A stretch of DNA of 64,000 nucleotides from a virus (taxonomy: Duplodnaviria > Caudoviricetes): positions 282-64,281 of IMG/VR virus record IMGVR_UViG_3300037449_000119. One strand, given 5' to 3'. This document shows positions 8,430-18,074 of this stretch, piece after piece (the stretch's first letter is position 1; each line of letters starts with the position of its first letter). The notes beneath the pieces were generated by a model, which saw only the letters and a program-made list of their open reading frames with translations, was not told where the DNA came from and did no database searches. The translations under genes were made by a program, and so were the position numbers.

Positions 8430-8642
8430 TTACTTGGTTGAGGTTAGCTCGCGCAGTTCGCGGCTCCGGCGCAGCCGGTTGTACCGCTTCTGGATGCGCA
8501 CAAGCATGTTGGAAGGCCACCCTGACTCTTTGGCGCGCGTCAGCAAGTCGCAGGCAAACGCTTCCTTACACTCCCGAAGATCGTCATTCAACGCAGCCCA
8601 CGTAGGCTGCGGAAGCAGAACCAAAAATTTCTTTTTAGCCAT
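8430..8642 (-). CDS. hypothetical protein
   Basis: AAAGG SD; MAKKKFLVLLPQPTWAAL... Confidence 0.6.
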   Translation of the reverse strand: MAKKKFLVLLPQPTWAALNDDLRECKEAFACDLLTRAKESGWPSNMLVRIQKRYNRLRRSRELRELTSTK

Positions 8643-8660
8643 GGACACCTTTCAAAGTGC

Positions 8661-8722
8661 TGCACAAGACGGCTAGGGTCAACAACCCATAAATGTGGAC
8701 TTCTACCACGCCGTCCTGTGCA
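8661..8722 (-). other. candidate structured RNA element (three-way junction)
   Basis: 13-bp outer stem with one G-U pair on the - strand, enclosing two 4-bp hairpins; intergenic. Confidence 0.4.
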
Positions 8723-8727
8723 ACTTG

Positions 8728-9573
8728 TTACCGCCGGCCTTTCACAACAGCGGCGGGTTGACGTGTGAAGCGCGCCGGCCCCTTGGCCTTGGGCGCGCGT
8801 GAGGCGGCGCGGTCTTCCACCGACATGGGCTGGTAGGGGAAGCCGATGGCTTCTTCCACCAGCAGATGCTTCGACTCCAGGTCAGCGAAGGTCTGCTCGT
8901 CAACACCATCCAAATCCTCCACACGCTTCTTCAGCTTGATGTCGAAGCGGAAGCCCAGTTTTCCGGGCGGTGGGGGCACCAGCTTGATGGATGTGACCAG
9001 CGCAAAGGGCGGGCGGTGCAGGGTGTCGGCCATCTGCTTCACGTACTGGTCCCACGCCGCGAGGCTGGTTGGAGGCACCTTCAGATAGTGCACCGCGGCC
9101 TCGGTCACGCCGGTTTCCACCGCATCGGACGGAATGATACCGATGCGCCGGCCGTTCTTGCACGCCTTCCCACGGCCCTTCTCAGAACTGCCGTACTCGT
9201 TGTTGGGGCACTCCGCGCAGCATGTCGCCTCGGGGTTGGGGCTGCCCTTGCCGACCTGCGGTTCTTCGGACATCTCGTGGGGCTTCAGGTCGGCCTCGAC
9301 GGTGCCCAGCGCGAAGCAGATGGGGGGTTGGGGATTGTCGGAGCTGAAGTCGCCCTCGTACAACGCATTCTCGAAAATGTGCGCCATAGCGATGCACTCC
9401 AGCTCGTTGTTGGGCACAGGCACCTTGTCAACGGTCAGGGTACCCCCTTGGGTGCCCACAAACTGCCCGGTGGGTGTGCCGGTGACGGCCTTGGCTTCGG
9501 TTGCGTAACGCCCAAATTTCTCATCCCACGGCACCAGGGCCGTGGACTTGGTTCTTGCGACTGCTTTTGGCAT
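8728..9573 (-). CDS. conserved phage replication-module protein, putative ssDNA-binding protein
   Basis: CAECPNNEYGS...GKACKN motif; position upstream of the polymerase; function inferred. Confidence 0.55.
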   Translation of the reverse strand: MPKAVARTKSTALVPWDEKFGRYATEAKAVTGTPTGQFVGTQGGTLTVDKVPVPNNELECIAMAHIFENALYEGDFSSDNPQPPICFALGTVEADLKPHEMSEEPQVGKGSPNPEATCCAECPNNEYGSSEKGRGKACKNGRRIGIIPSDAVETGVTEAAVHYLKVPPTSLAAWDQYVKQMADTLHRPPFALVTSIKLVPPPPGKLGFRFDIKLKKRVEDLDGVDEQTFADLESKHLLVEEAIGFPYQPMSVEDRAASRAPKAKGPARFTRQPAAVVKGRR

Positions 9574-9586
9574 GTGGTTCTCCTGA

Positions 9587-9979
9587 CTACTTCTTGGTTA
9601 CACTGACCACGAGAGCGGTGAACTTGCCCACTCCGGGTACAGCCTTGTTAGCGGTCCAGCGTTCTTTCACAGCGCCATCGTTCAGGCGCCGCTGCATGAG
9701 CGAAAAGTCTTTGGTTTTGAGTACGTGCCGGTAGAACGCCGGCCAGTCGTTGACCTGCGGGATGATCTTCTTCTCGATCTCCGCGTGTGCAATTCGGCCC
9801 GTGATCCCCGATGCCTGGGACTTGGGCAGGTTTTGGATGATGAACTCGCGCAGAGCGGACTCCTGCTCGCCCATTGCGTCCACTTCTTTTTGCAGAGCGA
9901 GGCGCTCTGCACGCAGCGTGTAGAGCTTGTCCGCTGCCCCTGCTAGTGACGATGGCAGCTTGAACTTCGGTGTTGGCAT
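9587..9979 (-). CDS. conserved phage protein (coiled-coil N-terminus)
   Basis: GGAG SD; ...VNDWPAFYRHV...FSLMQRRLNDGAVKE. Confidence 0.65.
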   Translation of the reverse strand: MPTPKFKLPSSLAGAADKLYTLRAERLALQKEVDAMGEQESALREFIIQNLPKSQASGITGRIAHAEIEKKIIPQVNDWPAFYRHVLKTKDFSLMQRRLNDGAVKERWTANKAVPGVGKFTALVVSVTKK

Positions 9980-10033
9980 TGCGATTCTCCTGACTCTTGA
10001 ATTGTACATGAACGGTTGGGTTGGACGCAAGGG

Positions 10034-10306
10034 CTACAAGCCCACAAACACCTCCTGTAAAACACGGTCAAATTCCACGTCTGGATCGTCTTCAGTCTCC
10101 CGCCTGATCTCCGGCGAGCCGAGTTTCTTAAGCACCGCTGCCACCTGATCGCCCTGGTGGACAGTAAGCGCTTCTCTGCTTACCAGAATGCGACCGTGGG
10201 GCAGGTATACCCCACTCATGTGGACGCCCTGAAACGGCTCCTCCACGCTCACACGCAGCGTGTCCACGTAATCGTGGCCTGCGTCTTCGATTACAAGTGC
10301 TCTCAT
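10034..10306 (-). CDS. hypothetical protein
   Basis: ATGA overlap with ligase stop; 90 aa. Confidence 0.6.
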   Translation of the reverse strand: MRALVIEDAGHDYVDTLRVSVEEPFQGVHMSGVYLPHGRILVSREALTVHQGDQVAAVLKKLGSPEIRRETEDDPDVEFDRVLQEVFVGL

Positions 10307-11262
10307 CTGTCCCTCCGATCTCTGAAGCCCAGGAACACGGGCAGCCGTGGCGCGTCGATGGTGCCCACCGCTTGATACTTGAGTTTGATGACCTTCCCCC
10401 TTAACCTTTTGCGGTTGGCCCACAGGTTCGCGCGATACAGCGCAGTAAGCCCCACGCCGGTGCCCACGTTGAATGGTCTGCCATCACCACTGTCGATGCC
10501 AGAGCGCAGAATACACACGGTGAACCCGCCCAGTGTGTCCTTGCCCACCATGCCCTCCTGCGCATGGCTGCGCTTGGACCGGCCCAACTCGTTCGTCTCC
10601 TTGGGATTCTCGTTTGACATTTGCTCGTAGGTGTCGAGAATCACCGCCTCGGCATCCACGAACCGCTTGACGGCAACCAGGCCGCCTTCGCGCACCGTTG
10701 AGCGACCCTCCTTGTACACACCGCGAGGATCACGTAGAATGACGCCCTCATACCCCTTGGCGACGCACTGGGCTTCGTATTCCTGAACCTCCTCCACAGA
10801 GCGCAGCACCACCTGGTCAACGGACACCACATCCAGGTGTGAGTAGCTGCGTACCGTGCGCTGTGCGTGCCGGGTGCGGGCCTCAAAAAACTGGTTGGGG
10901 GCCAAGGCAAAGTCGAAGACGCGAAACACTGCTTGCGCGATGTCGGCATCCCGCGACATGACCACGGATGTGGTTTTGTTAAAGACATCCACGGCCGTAG
11001 GCGGACCAGAGGTGATCTCTCCGTCCAGCCCATCCAGCTCAGGAAAGCCCCACTTATCTTGCAGGTCCAGGTTGGGGATGAGCTTCAGGCTGCGGCTGTA
11101 GAGCTTTCCACTCTGCACAGTGCAGCGAATCCCGTCCAGTTTGGTCGAACCCAGCACCGGGTAGTGAAGCCCGGCGATGGCAGCATCAAGCGCCGCGTTG
11201 AGGCCGGCCCCGGTGTCCTTGGGGTGTGCGGCAAGCATGGGGTGAAAAAGGCTTTGAATCAC
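10303..11262 (-). CDS. ATP-dependent DNA ligase
   Basis: TKLDGIR (adenylation Lys), LDGEI, FRVFD, YEGVILR, VKRF, C-terminal OB fold (PRLPVFLGFR). Confidence 0.92.
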   Translation of the reverse strand: MIQSLFHPMLAAHPKDTGAGLNAALDAAIAGLHYPVLGSTKLDGIRCTVQSGKLYSRSLKLIPNLDLQDKWGFPELDGLDGEITSGPPTAVDVFNKTTSVVMSRDADIAQAVFRVFDFALAPNQFFEARTRHAQRTVRSYSHLDVVSVDQVVLRSVEEVQEYEAQCVAKGYEGVILRDPRGVYKEGRSTVREGGLVAVKRFVDAEAVILDTYEQMSNENPKETNELGRSKRSHAQEGMVGKDTLGGFTVCILRSGIDSGDGRPFNVGTGVGLTALYRANLWANRKRLRGKVIKLKYQAVGTIDAPRLPVFLGFRDRRDR

Positions 11263-11621
11263 GGTTGCACCTCCGAGACCTTCATAGCTGGCAGGCCCAA
11301 GTCCTCAAACCACTCCCGCCCGCATTGGCCGCAGCCCCGCCCGGACTGGTCCGGTACGCCTTCGAGCGGTGTAGACGGATTACCGCACCCAGGACAGACA
11401 TCGTGGGCGAAGTGCTCCACAACACGAAGCGCACAGCGGCAACCCAGGCCGCAATCCTCATCAGCAAGGGTCAGCTCTTCGCCGAGAATGGTATCGTACA
11501 CATCAACGGTGAACGGCTTGTGACACACCGCCCGTTCAACCTTTGCACCATCTTCATCGGACACTTCGATGATTCGGCGATCATCGGGTTCAGGCTGATT
11601 ACCAATCCAAAATTTCAACAT
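11259..11621 (-). CDS. Zn-ribbon protein
   Basis: CRC, CPGCG, CGQCG. Confidence 0.65.
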   Translation of the reverse strand: MLKFWIGNQPEPDDRRIIEVSDEDGAKVERAVCHKPFTVDVYDTILGEELTLADEDCGLGCRCALRVVEHFAHDVCPGCGNPSTPLEGVPDQSGRGCGQCGREWFEDLGLPAMKVSEVQP

Positions 11622-12322
11622 TAAACCTCCTTAACTGGTTGAACTCCGTTTGCGACGATGAAGTCGATGATGTGTTTATACTCTACGATCTGCGCAGGTG
11701 TGTAATTTTCACGTGCGCAGACTTGCTCATACGTAGCAAGCCACACCCCAAACGTCTTAGTGCAACAGCCGATTTGAAGTGTGCCTGGGCCTGTGTTGAT
11801 TGCTAGGTGTCGCGAACCCTGCACAGCCAAAGGGCTGTTCTGGAAGCACACGTAGTTGCCGATCTCCGCGCCGTTGCCAATCTTCGCGTAGTTGCCGATC
11901 TCCGCGTAGTTGCCGATCACCGCGCCGTAACCGATCTCCGCGCTGTAACCGATCTTCGCGCCGTAACCGATCTTCGCGCCGTTGCCAATCTTCGCGCCGT
12001 AACCGATCTCCGCGCCGTTGCCCATCTGCGCGCCGTAACCGATCTCCACGCCGTAACCGATCACCGCGCGGCTGCCGATCTCCGCGCCGTAACCGATCTC
12101 CGCGCCGTAACCGATCTCCGCGCCGTAACCGATCTCCGCGCAGCTGCCGATCTTCGCGCCGTCACCGATCACCGCGCGGCTGCCGATCACCGCGCGGCTG
12201 CCGATCTTCGCGCCGTAACCGATCTCCGCGCCGTCGCCGATCTTAAACCAGTTACCGTTCGGCAAAATGCGCCAACCAGCACCATTTACCGGGATCGCAT
12301 AAAGCTCTTCTGTGTACGTCAT
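11621..12322 (-). CDS. left-handed beta-helix (hexapeptide repeat) protein
   Basis: About 22 tandem A[EKV]IG[YNSD][GYR] hexapeptides. Confidence 0.8.
   Translation of the reverse strand: MTYTEELYAIPVNGAGWRILPNGNWFKIGDGAEIGYGAKIGSRAVIGSRAVIGDGAKIGSCAEIGYGAEIGYGAEIGYGAEIGSRAVIGYGVEIGYGAQMGNGAEIGYGAKIGNGAKIGYGAKIGYSAEIGYGAVIGNYAEIGNYAKIGNGAEIGNYVCFQNSPLAVQGSRHLAINTGPGTLQIGCCTKTFGVWLATYEQVCARENYTPAQIVEYKHIIDFIVANGVQPVKEV
11855..12245. repeat. 18-bp coding tandem repeat (consensus GCCGTAACCGATCTCCGC)
   Basis: About 22 near-identical units encoding the hexapeptides. Confidence 0.9.
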
Positions 12323-12372
12323 TTGAAACCTCTTGCCGCGGTCTACGCGCCACGGCTCGCGGTTGAACCCTG

Positions 12373-13440
12373 TTAGAAGTTGATCTCCATGAGCTTGCCG
12401 GCCGCACGATCCACGGCAACGCGCGCATCGGCATACTGCAAGGTCTGCGAGTGCCTTGTCAGACCGTTGACCATTCCCCACACCGTGTTTGCCCCGCCAT
12501 CGCCGATGGCAACAGCGTCGTAGCCTGCGTCCAGCGTCTTGCGGCTGAGCTGCAAAGAGCGAATGCCAAACAGCTTGTCTAGCACCTGCTCCTTGGTACC
12601 ACCGAGCACCTCACGCTTCGCACTGGCAATCCTGCTCTCATCCTCCAGAGCGCTCTGGTTTGCGTAACGCCGCAGCTCGCCCTCATACCGGCTCCACCGC
12701 TGCCGCGCATCGCCCACGTGGCGCACCGAGATTTCCATGACATCGGATGCGCCCCAAATAATGTGGTTGCTGCACAGGGCGCGGTACAAGAACCGCGTCA
12801 GCTTCAACGCACTCGCGCCAACCTCGGAGTTCTCCACAATGACCCCGCGCATCAAGCCATCGGGGTTACCTGGCTCGCGGATGATCGCCGAGTCATTCGT
12901 CACAAAGGCGAACATATCGTGATCGCTGGCGTAAAGCGCCGGGAAGTCATGCGCTGTCTTATTGATGGTGGGCATGGCCGGCTTCCAGCCTTTGCCCTCC
13001 AAATCGAGCAACCGCTCAGCAACCTCGAAGTTCCAGATCCGCTCGTACTTGTCGCTGGTCAGAGCGCGCAGCAACAGGCCGCCGTTCTGATGAAAGAGCA
13101 GGTTCGCTGTGTCGTGCTTGTCGGCGTACTTCGCCAACCCATGATTGAGGTTCTGGCAGGCAAGCGTTGCAGGCAGCTCGCGCAGATAGTTGGCCGGAGC
13201 GCCAACACGCGCCGCCACCTGCCCGAAGGCCCAGTGCGTGAACTTCGCCGGGTTATTCTTCTTGCCCACAAGCTGCACATCGCCCTCGATGGCCTCCACG
13301 CGAAGCTCGCTCACCGGCACCAGCTTCTCCCCGGCCGTGGCGCGATACGCGCGGGTTGCGGTGTACAACTCCTGTACGCTTGCGAACCGCTCATCAGCGG
13401 GGCGCGTTGACCATTGATTGTGCGCTTTGAAAAGTTCCAT
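12373..13440 (-). CDS. DUF932-family protein
   Basis: WAFGQ...APANYL, LRALTSDKYERI, LYASDHDMFAF, NSEVG...RALCSNHIIWG...VRH. Confidence 0.75.
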   Translation of the reverse strand: MELFKAHNQWSTRPADERFASVQELYTATRAYRATAGEKLVPVSELRVEAIEGDVQLVGKKNNPAKFTHWAFGQVAARVGAPANYLRELPATLACQNLNHGLAKYADKHDTANLLFHQNGGLLLRALTSDKYERIWNFEVAERLLDLEGKGWKPAMPTINKTAHDFPALYASDHDMFAFVTNDSAIIREPGNPDGLMRGVIVENSEVGASALKLTRFLYRALCSNHIIWGASDVMEISVRHVGDARQRWSRYEGELRRYANQSALEDESRIASAKREVLGGTKEQVLDKLFGIRSLQLSRKTLDAGYDAVAIGDGGANTVWGMVNGLTRHSQTLQYADARVAVDRAAGKLMEINF

Positions 13441-13569
13441 GTGATTCATCCTTGGCTCGACTGTGGCTTTCGCCCACCGTGAGCTAGTGGTTGCGTTACG
13501 TTTTAATTACGAAGAGCATCGCGACCAGCGCGACGATCTCCGGTGCTGCTGGAACGAGGAGCCAGAGAG

Positions 13570-14583
13570 TCACTGCGACACCGACTCCCAGCAGTTCTCT
13601 TCCAGAGTTGTGATCCTGTTGCGAGCCTTGGCCGACGCAGCCTTACACCGCGCAAGCCCTTGCCGAAAACCCAGCGACAAAGCAGGGAAATCCTGTTGGC
13701 AAGCAGCCGCGTCAGGGTGCCACCTGTACTGCGCCGGCTTGCGTCCAGAGTTCAAACGCCGGCCCTTCTTGAGAGCCCCAAGCTGTTTCAACATCTGTCG
13801 CCACTCGGCAAGCATCTGCCGACGCTCGTGGCGCGCAAAGACGATCTCCTGCTTCGCCTCTTCGATCTGCTGCGCCGCTTTCTGCTCGGCAGACTCCCTG
13901 GCCCTCTTCTCACAGACCGTGCCGACCGCCAGCCCTTCTTGTTTGCAGTAGTCGAAACCGTAGAAGCCCCAGCAGGATTCCACATTTTCGCCGTCGCCGT
14001 CTTCCACCACATAACCGTACACGTCGCCGGTGAGGTACTGGTCGTACTCCTCCACCTCGCCGGTAAGATACTTCTCCGCACACTTGCGCACCGCGTCAGG
14101 GTCGCCCAGCACCTTGTAATGCTCGTGCGTCTTCTCACCGCTCCACTCCTCGCGAGCTTTCTTCATGGTGCAGTAAATGAAACCCACCTGCCCCGAGTCC
14201 CACGGGTCACCGAAGCTGCCGGTGCTCATGGTAATACCAGAGTGGTCGAGCAGGTAGCACGGCAGAATTACGTAGTGCTTGTCGAGAATCTTCTGCAAAA
14301 TGTCACCCACCGCGTCGTCATACTGCGCAGTGTCCCCCATCCTCTCAAACAGGGCGTTCTCGATGTAGTCCTCAAGCTCCGGGTGAATCTCGAAGACCAG
14401 TTGACGCCGGTACTCTTCCGGCGAGCACTTCGGCTGCTCATCGCCCAGGTTGTACCGTCCGTGCCAGCACACCATCTTCCCCACGTGGTCGAAATCCTCG
14501 CGCGGGTCTTGCACATCTGTATCCTGCTCGATGCGCACCGTGAACGTTCCAACTTCGATAGTCTCAACACTGTCACAAGCCAT
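13570..14583 (-). CDS. conserved hypothetical protein of phages/mobile elements
   Basis: DPREDFDHVGKMVCWHGRYNLGD, LPCYLLDHSG, WDSGQVGFIY, YDQYLTGDVYGY, SCWGFYG; GGAG SD. Confidence 0.75.
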   Translation of the reverse strand: MACDSVETIEVGTFTVRIEQDTDVQDPREDFDHVGKMVCWHGRYNLGDEQPKCSPEEYRRQLVFEIHPELEDYIENALFERMGDTAQYDDAVGDILQKILDKHYVILPCYLLDHSGITMSTGSFGDPWDSGQVGFIYCTMKKAREEWSGEKTHEHYKVLGDPDAVRKCAEKYLTGEVEEYDQYLTGDVYGYVVEDGDGENVESCWGFYGFDYCKQEGLAVGTVCEKRARESAEQKAAQQIEEAKQEIVFARHERRQMLAEWRQMLKQLGALKKGRRLNSGRKPAQYRWHPDAAACQQDFPALSLGFRQGLARCKAASAKARNRITTLEENCWESVSQ

Positions 14584-14614
14584 TTTGTTCTCTCCTTTGC
14601 ATTCTGCACTACGG

Positions 14615-14968
14615 TTATGCTGCGAAGGCGATCTTCATCTCAGCCTTGCGTCGTTGCCGGTCGAGTATTGCGGCAGCAACCGCATCCCCAACAACAATAA
14701 GATTGTGACGTATTACGCGGTTTGCCTGTGATCCCGTCTTGACCATCAGGGACCGCCTGCGCTTGCACCACCAGTACGATTCTGTAGCTTGCCAACCTGG
14801 CAACAGAGGGCCAACGTAGGCAATGAGGTTGTGTTGGCTATGGTCTGGCTCATCAACGTCGAGGGCCGATGTGTCTACCGTCATGGTCATGTGGATGACC
14901 CGCTGTTGCAGCAAGAGCGTGACTGTTAGCATTGCGCCCTGTACGTCGTATGTCCGTGTATCTGTCAT
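14615..14968 (-). CDS. hypothetical protein
   Basis: ORF in the early-gene array. Confidence 0.5.
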   Translation of the reverse strand: MTDTRTYDVQGAMLTVTLLLQQRVIHMTMTVDTSALDVDEPDHSQHNLIAYVGPLLPGWQATESYWWCKRRRSLMVKTGSQANRVIRHNLIVVGDAVAAAILDRQRRKAEMKIAFAA

Positions 14969-15004
14969 GGCGATACAATCCTTGTGCAACTACTCCGTTG
15001 CCGG

Positions 15005-15316
15005 TTATGCTTCGTTGACTCTAGCCATGGTTGTGTCATCGAGCCGGCCATACTCGATGTAGTAAACGCAGTCCGTGCAAATGGTGAACCGCACCACCTT
15101 GCCAGACGCATTGCGCGCGTAGAGATATTCTCGATCTCCGCCCAAGTGCGATCCGCAGCACTCGCACGGATGCCAAGAGAACCACGGATCTTGGTTGCCG
15201 TCACTTTGACCCGCGTCGTTCACCCCCTCCGTAGTGGTGCTTAGGAAGGACAGTCCTTCGCGAGCGATGAACGCTGCGACGGCTGCTTCGTAATCCGCGT
15301 AGTCTTGCTTGCTCAT
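15005..15316 (-). CDS. Cys-rich hypothetical protein
   Basis: FSWHPCECCGSHLGGDR...ICTDC; ATGA overlap. Confidence 0.65.
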   Translation of the reverse strand: MSKQDYADYEAAVAAFIAREGLSFLSTTTEGVNDAGQSDGNQDPWFSWHPCECCGSHLGGDREYLYARNASGKVVRFTICTDCVYYIEYGRLDDTTMARVNEA

Positions 15317-15705
15317 TCGGCCCACACCTTTCCGTCCGTGCCAACACACAAGTCTACCGCACCGAACTTATTGCTTGCCGCGGTGAGTGCGCCGCCAGTC
15401 TCAGGCCAATCACCGTCCCAAAACCCCGCGCCGTGCCCGTTGCGCGTCAGCCAAAAGTCGTGACCGGCTTGCGCTTCGATGGGATACGCGCTGCGGCGAG
15501 TGCAGCCACGAAGCAACGGTGCATTCTCAGCTTGGAACTTGCGGCAGTCTTCCACCATCTGCACAAGTGTTTCCTCGGCGATGTCCTCTGCACCGTAGTT
15601 ATTTTCAAGAGGCTCGCCGCCTTGAGGCGTCGATTCATCGTTGGACGACCAGAGCGCAGCTTCGATGTACGCTCTGGTAAAAGTGTCAAGTGTCGGTTTG
15701 TCCAT
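15313..15705 (-). CDS. conserved hypothetical protein
   Basis: FTRAYIEAALWSS...AGHDFWLTRNGHGAGFWDG. Confidence 0.7.
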   Translation of the reverse strand: MDKPTLDTFTRAYIEAALWSSNDESTPQGGEPLENNYGAEDIAEETLVQMVEDCRKFQAENAPLLRGCTRRSAYPIEAQAGHDFWLTRNGHGAGFWDGDWPETGGALTAASNKFGAVDLCVGTDGKVWAE

Positions 15706-16058
15706 CAGTCTTCCCCCGCTCTAGCGCGAACGTGAGCCTTGATATGCTCCGGCAGGTCGTTCCACCGGATGCGCCTGTGGTGATTGTTGTAGCGGTACGC
15801 GGCGGCTTCGTAGGCTTCCATCTCGCCCCACATACTGAAGCCTTGCGGGTGCGTCGGTGCGCCGCTCATGCCGAGATACTGCACATAAGTGTTGGCAAAG
15901 GTTTTCTCTTTGCCAGAATACTCAAGGAACCGCCCGGTGAACATGACCGTGTAGCGGTCGCAAGCGCGCGGGTAGTCGAACACATCCAGCACGTAGTCGG
16001 GCGCGTCTTGCAGCCAGCGTTTTAGGCCGGCGCGACGAGGGGTGTAGGGTTTCACCAT
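15705..16058 (-). CDS. hypothetical protein
   Basis: GGAGG SD; DRYTVMF...GMSGAPTHPQGFSMWGE. Confidence 0.65.
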   Translation of the reverse strand: MVKPYTPRRAGLKRWLQDAPDYVLDVFDYPRACDRYTVMFTGRFLEYSGKEKTFANTYVQYLGMSGAPTHPQGFSMWGEMEAYEAAAYRYNNHHRRIRWNDLPEHIKAHVRARAGED

Positions 16059-16774
16059 GTCTTCACCTCCGCTTCGATCTCTGCCGGGAGAGGTTCGACC
16101 AGCCAAGCAGAGCCGTACTTGTAGCCGCAGGTAGGGCAAGCCTTCGAGAGAATCCCGTCAGGGTGTTCGTCTTCGCGCAACCATCCGAGCATCTTCTCTT
16201 CGGTCGGCCTGCTGTAAGTCGTAGCCTTCTCCGGCTCGTAGAACGGAGACAACGGTCCCGGCAGCGTCACCGGACGGCCCTTGAGGCTGTGAGACAAGGA
16301 GAGAAGTGTGATCTGGTTAGCGGTCAACGTCACAGTCTCGCCGGCCACGAGCGCCTTGATTGCGTTCTTTTCGGTGTCGCGCTTCAACGCCGCCGTGGTG
16401 CTTGTCAGGGTCCAGTTGTAGATCGTCACTTTCCGCGCCGCGACCTCCAACCATCCCGCCGCCCGCTGGTGCTCACAAGCCGCACACATTCCGTTCAGGT
16501 GCCAGCGGTCCCACACTTCCACAATTCGCTGCACCTTCGGATTGTTGGGGAACAGCTTGGCGATGGTGTCGCCGTTCTGGCCGCCGCTATGGGTGTCGGT
16601 GTGTTGGTGATTCCAGATGTTGCCGCAGATGGAAAGCTCGTGCTGACCATCCTTGTTTTCCATCACACGAATTTCAACCTCCACATCCACGGCGCAATCA
16701 CACCGTCCTCTGTTGTTGAAATCCACCTTCCCAAGATGGATTGTCTTCTTGTACTCCACTGTTTTCGCGCTCAT
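16052..16774 (-). CDS. hypothetical protein
   Basis: LSICG...SGGQ...WDRWHLNGMCAAC; C-terminal CPTCGYKYGSAW. Confidence 0.7.
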   Translation of the reverse strand: MSAKTVEYKKTIHLGKVDFNNRGRCDCAVDVEVEIRVMENKDGQHELSICGNIWNHQHTDTHSGGQNGDTIAKLFPNNPKVQRIVEVWDRWHLNGMCAACEHQRAAGWLEVAARKVTIYNWTLTSTTAALKRDTEKNAIKALVAGETVTLTANQITLLSLSHSLKGRPVTLPGPLSPFYEPEKATTYSRPTEEKMLGWLREDEHPDGILSKACPTCGYKYGSAWLVEPLPAEIEAEVKTW

Positions 16775-16808
16775 TTGATTCTCAATTCTCCGCGTGTGAC
16801 GCGGACTG

Positions 16809-17333
16809 TTAGAGTGTTTCGAGGGGCTTCAAAATTGTTCTTGCGGCCAACTCCCCACGCTGCTCCCTGGTGTATATCAACGGATAGGCGTCGAAGTTCT
16901 CCCACCCATGATACTCAGCAAGCGTCAAGTAGGCATAAGCACGCAGCACCGGGTTCTTCGATAACAACCAGCGCAGCATGGAGAACGCCGTCGTACCCAT
17001 GTTCGCTGCCACATCGGGTAGACTCTTCACGAACCACTCGTTGTACCAGTGCCAAGTTACGCCGCGCTCGGATTGTGGCAACTCAAGCGGACGCACCATT
17101 TGCTGCTTTCCTAGCTCGGTCAGTGTCTTGAACCTCGGAGGATCAAGCGCTACACGATACACTAGCCACGGACCAGCATCACCGGAACCATCATCCTGCG
17201 ACTGGATGTACTCCATCTCCGGTGGGTAGACTTCGGTCTCGTCCGCGTACACAAACCCACCACCACAGTCCAGCGGGTTCACGTCGCCCACGGAACCAAC
17301 TTTCTTCCAGATCGGTTGCTTCGTGTCGCTCAC
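16809..17333 (-). CDS. hypothetical protein
   Basis: GTGA overlap; GDVNPLDCGGGFVY...YHGWENFD. Confidence 0.65.
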   Translation of the reverse strand: MSDTKQPIWKKVGSVGDVNPLDCGGGFVYADETEVYPPEMEYIQSQDDGSGDAGPWLVYRVALDPPRFKTLTELGKQQMVRPLELPQSERGVTWHWYNEWFVKSLPDVAANMGTTAFSMLRWLLSKNPVLRAYAYLTLAEYHGWENFDAYPLIYTREQRGELAARTILKPLETL

Positions 17334-17626
17334 AGCAACCCCCTTATGTAGTTGCAAGCGTCCTGCCCATACTTGCGAACGATGGCCTGCGCCGTGGACT
17401 CGTTCTTGCGTGGCTTGATGAACGTGTCGAACTTGACTACGTCCAGCTTGAGAATCCCTTCCCAGTAGTCCTTCAACTCCACGCCGAAGATGCTCTTGAA
17501 TCGTTCGGCGTCCGCAGCGGGTGGAGGCGCGCCCAAGAGGGCTTTCTCACTCCGTGCGCGAAGCATCTCCAATGCCTCAACTCGACGAGCTTCTACCGAT
17601 CTTGCGTGCTGCATTTCGTGGGTCAT
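17330..17626 (-). CDS. hypothetical protein
   Basis: ATGA overlap; 98 aa. Confidence 0.6.
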   Translation of the reverse strand: MTHEMQHARSVEARRVEALEMLRARSEKALLGAPPPAADAERFKSIFGVELKDYWEGILKLDVVKFDTFIKPRKNESTAQAIVRKYGQDACNYIRGLL

Positions 17627-17922
17627 CGCTTCCCTGCTTTCTTGGCGCGTTTGGGCTTGCGTGGATAAGGGCGCGAGTCTAACGGGTGCTTTGCCTCCGG
17701 GGCCCATGTGCCCACCGCCGGACCCTCATCATACTTGGCAAGCATGTTATCCACCAACCGCTTGGCAATGGCTCGCCGTGTTTTGTCGGCCTCGTACAAA
17801 TTAAGCCGATGGAAAGCGTAAACCACAGCCACGTTTGCCAAGAGCACAACTACAAACGCCCACTGCCAAAATGGAACGCGGCTCAGCCGCCACAACACTT
17901 CGGTGAAAAAATCGTAGTTCAT
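17623..17922 (-). CDS. membrane protein
   Basis: GGAG SD; TM segment WQWAFVVVLLANVAVVYAF. Confidence 0.65.
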   Translation of the reverse strand: MNYDFFTEVLWRLSRVPFWQWAFVVVLLANVAVVYAFHRLNLYEADKTRRAIAKRLVDNMLAKYDEGPAVGTWAPEAKHPLDSRPYPRKPKRAKKAGKR

Positions 17923-17932
17923 AGTGCTCCTC

Positions 17933-18070
17933 TCACAATGCAAGGCCGATTGCAAACACCGTGACCGCTGCCAAGTACCAGAGCAGGCGATACACTCGAC
18001 GGTCCAGGCTATACTTCGCCCAGGCCAAAACAAATGCAAGCACGACCACCAAACACCATCCGAGTTTCAT
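17933..18070 (-). CDS. small membrane protein
   Basis: Two hydrophobic segments in 45 aa. Confidence 0.55.
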   Translation of the reverse strand: MKLGWCLVVVLAFVLAWAKYSLDRRVYRLLWYLAAVTVFAIGLAL

Positions 18071-18074
18071 TGGC

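Noticed and set aside
11855-12245. Regular repeats as a possible CRISPR array
   Set aside because: Contiguous 18-bp units without unique spacers; they encode in-frame hexapeptides
13543-14700. 385-aa + strand ORF antisense to 13570..14583
   Set aside because: No recognisable motif, SD or promoter; typical codon-aligned shadow of a GC-rich gene, unlike the intein antisense ORF, which has domain motifs and expression signals
16163-17131. 322-aa + strand ORF
   Set aside because: Shadow spanning two - strand genes; no protein-like features
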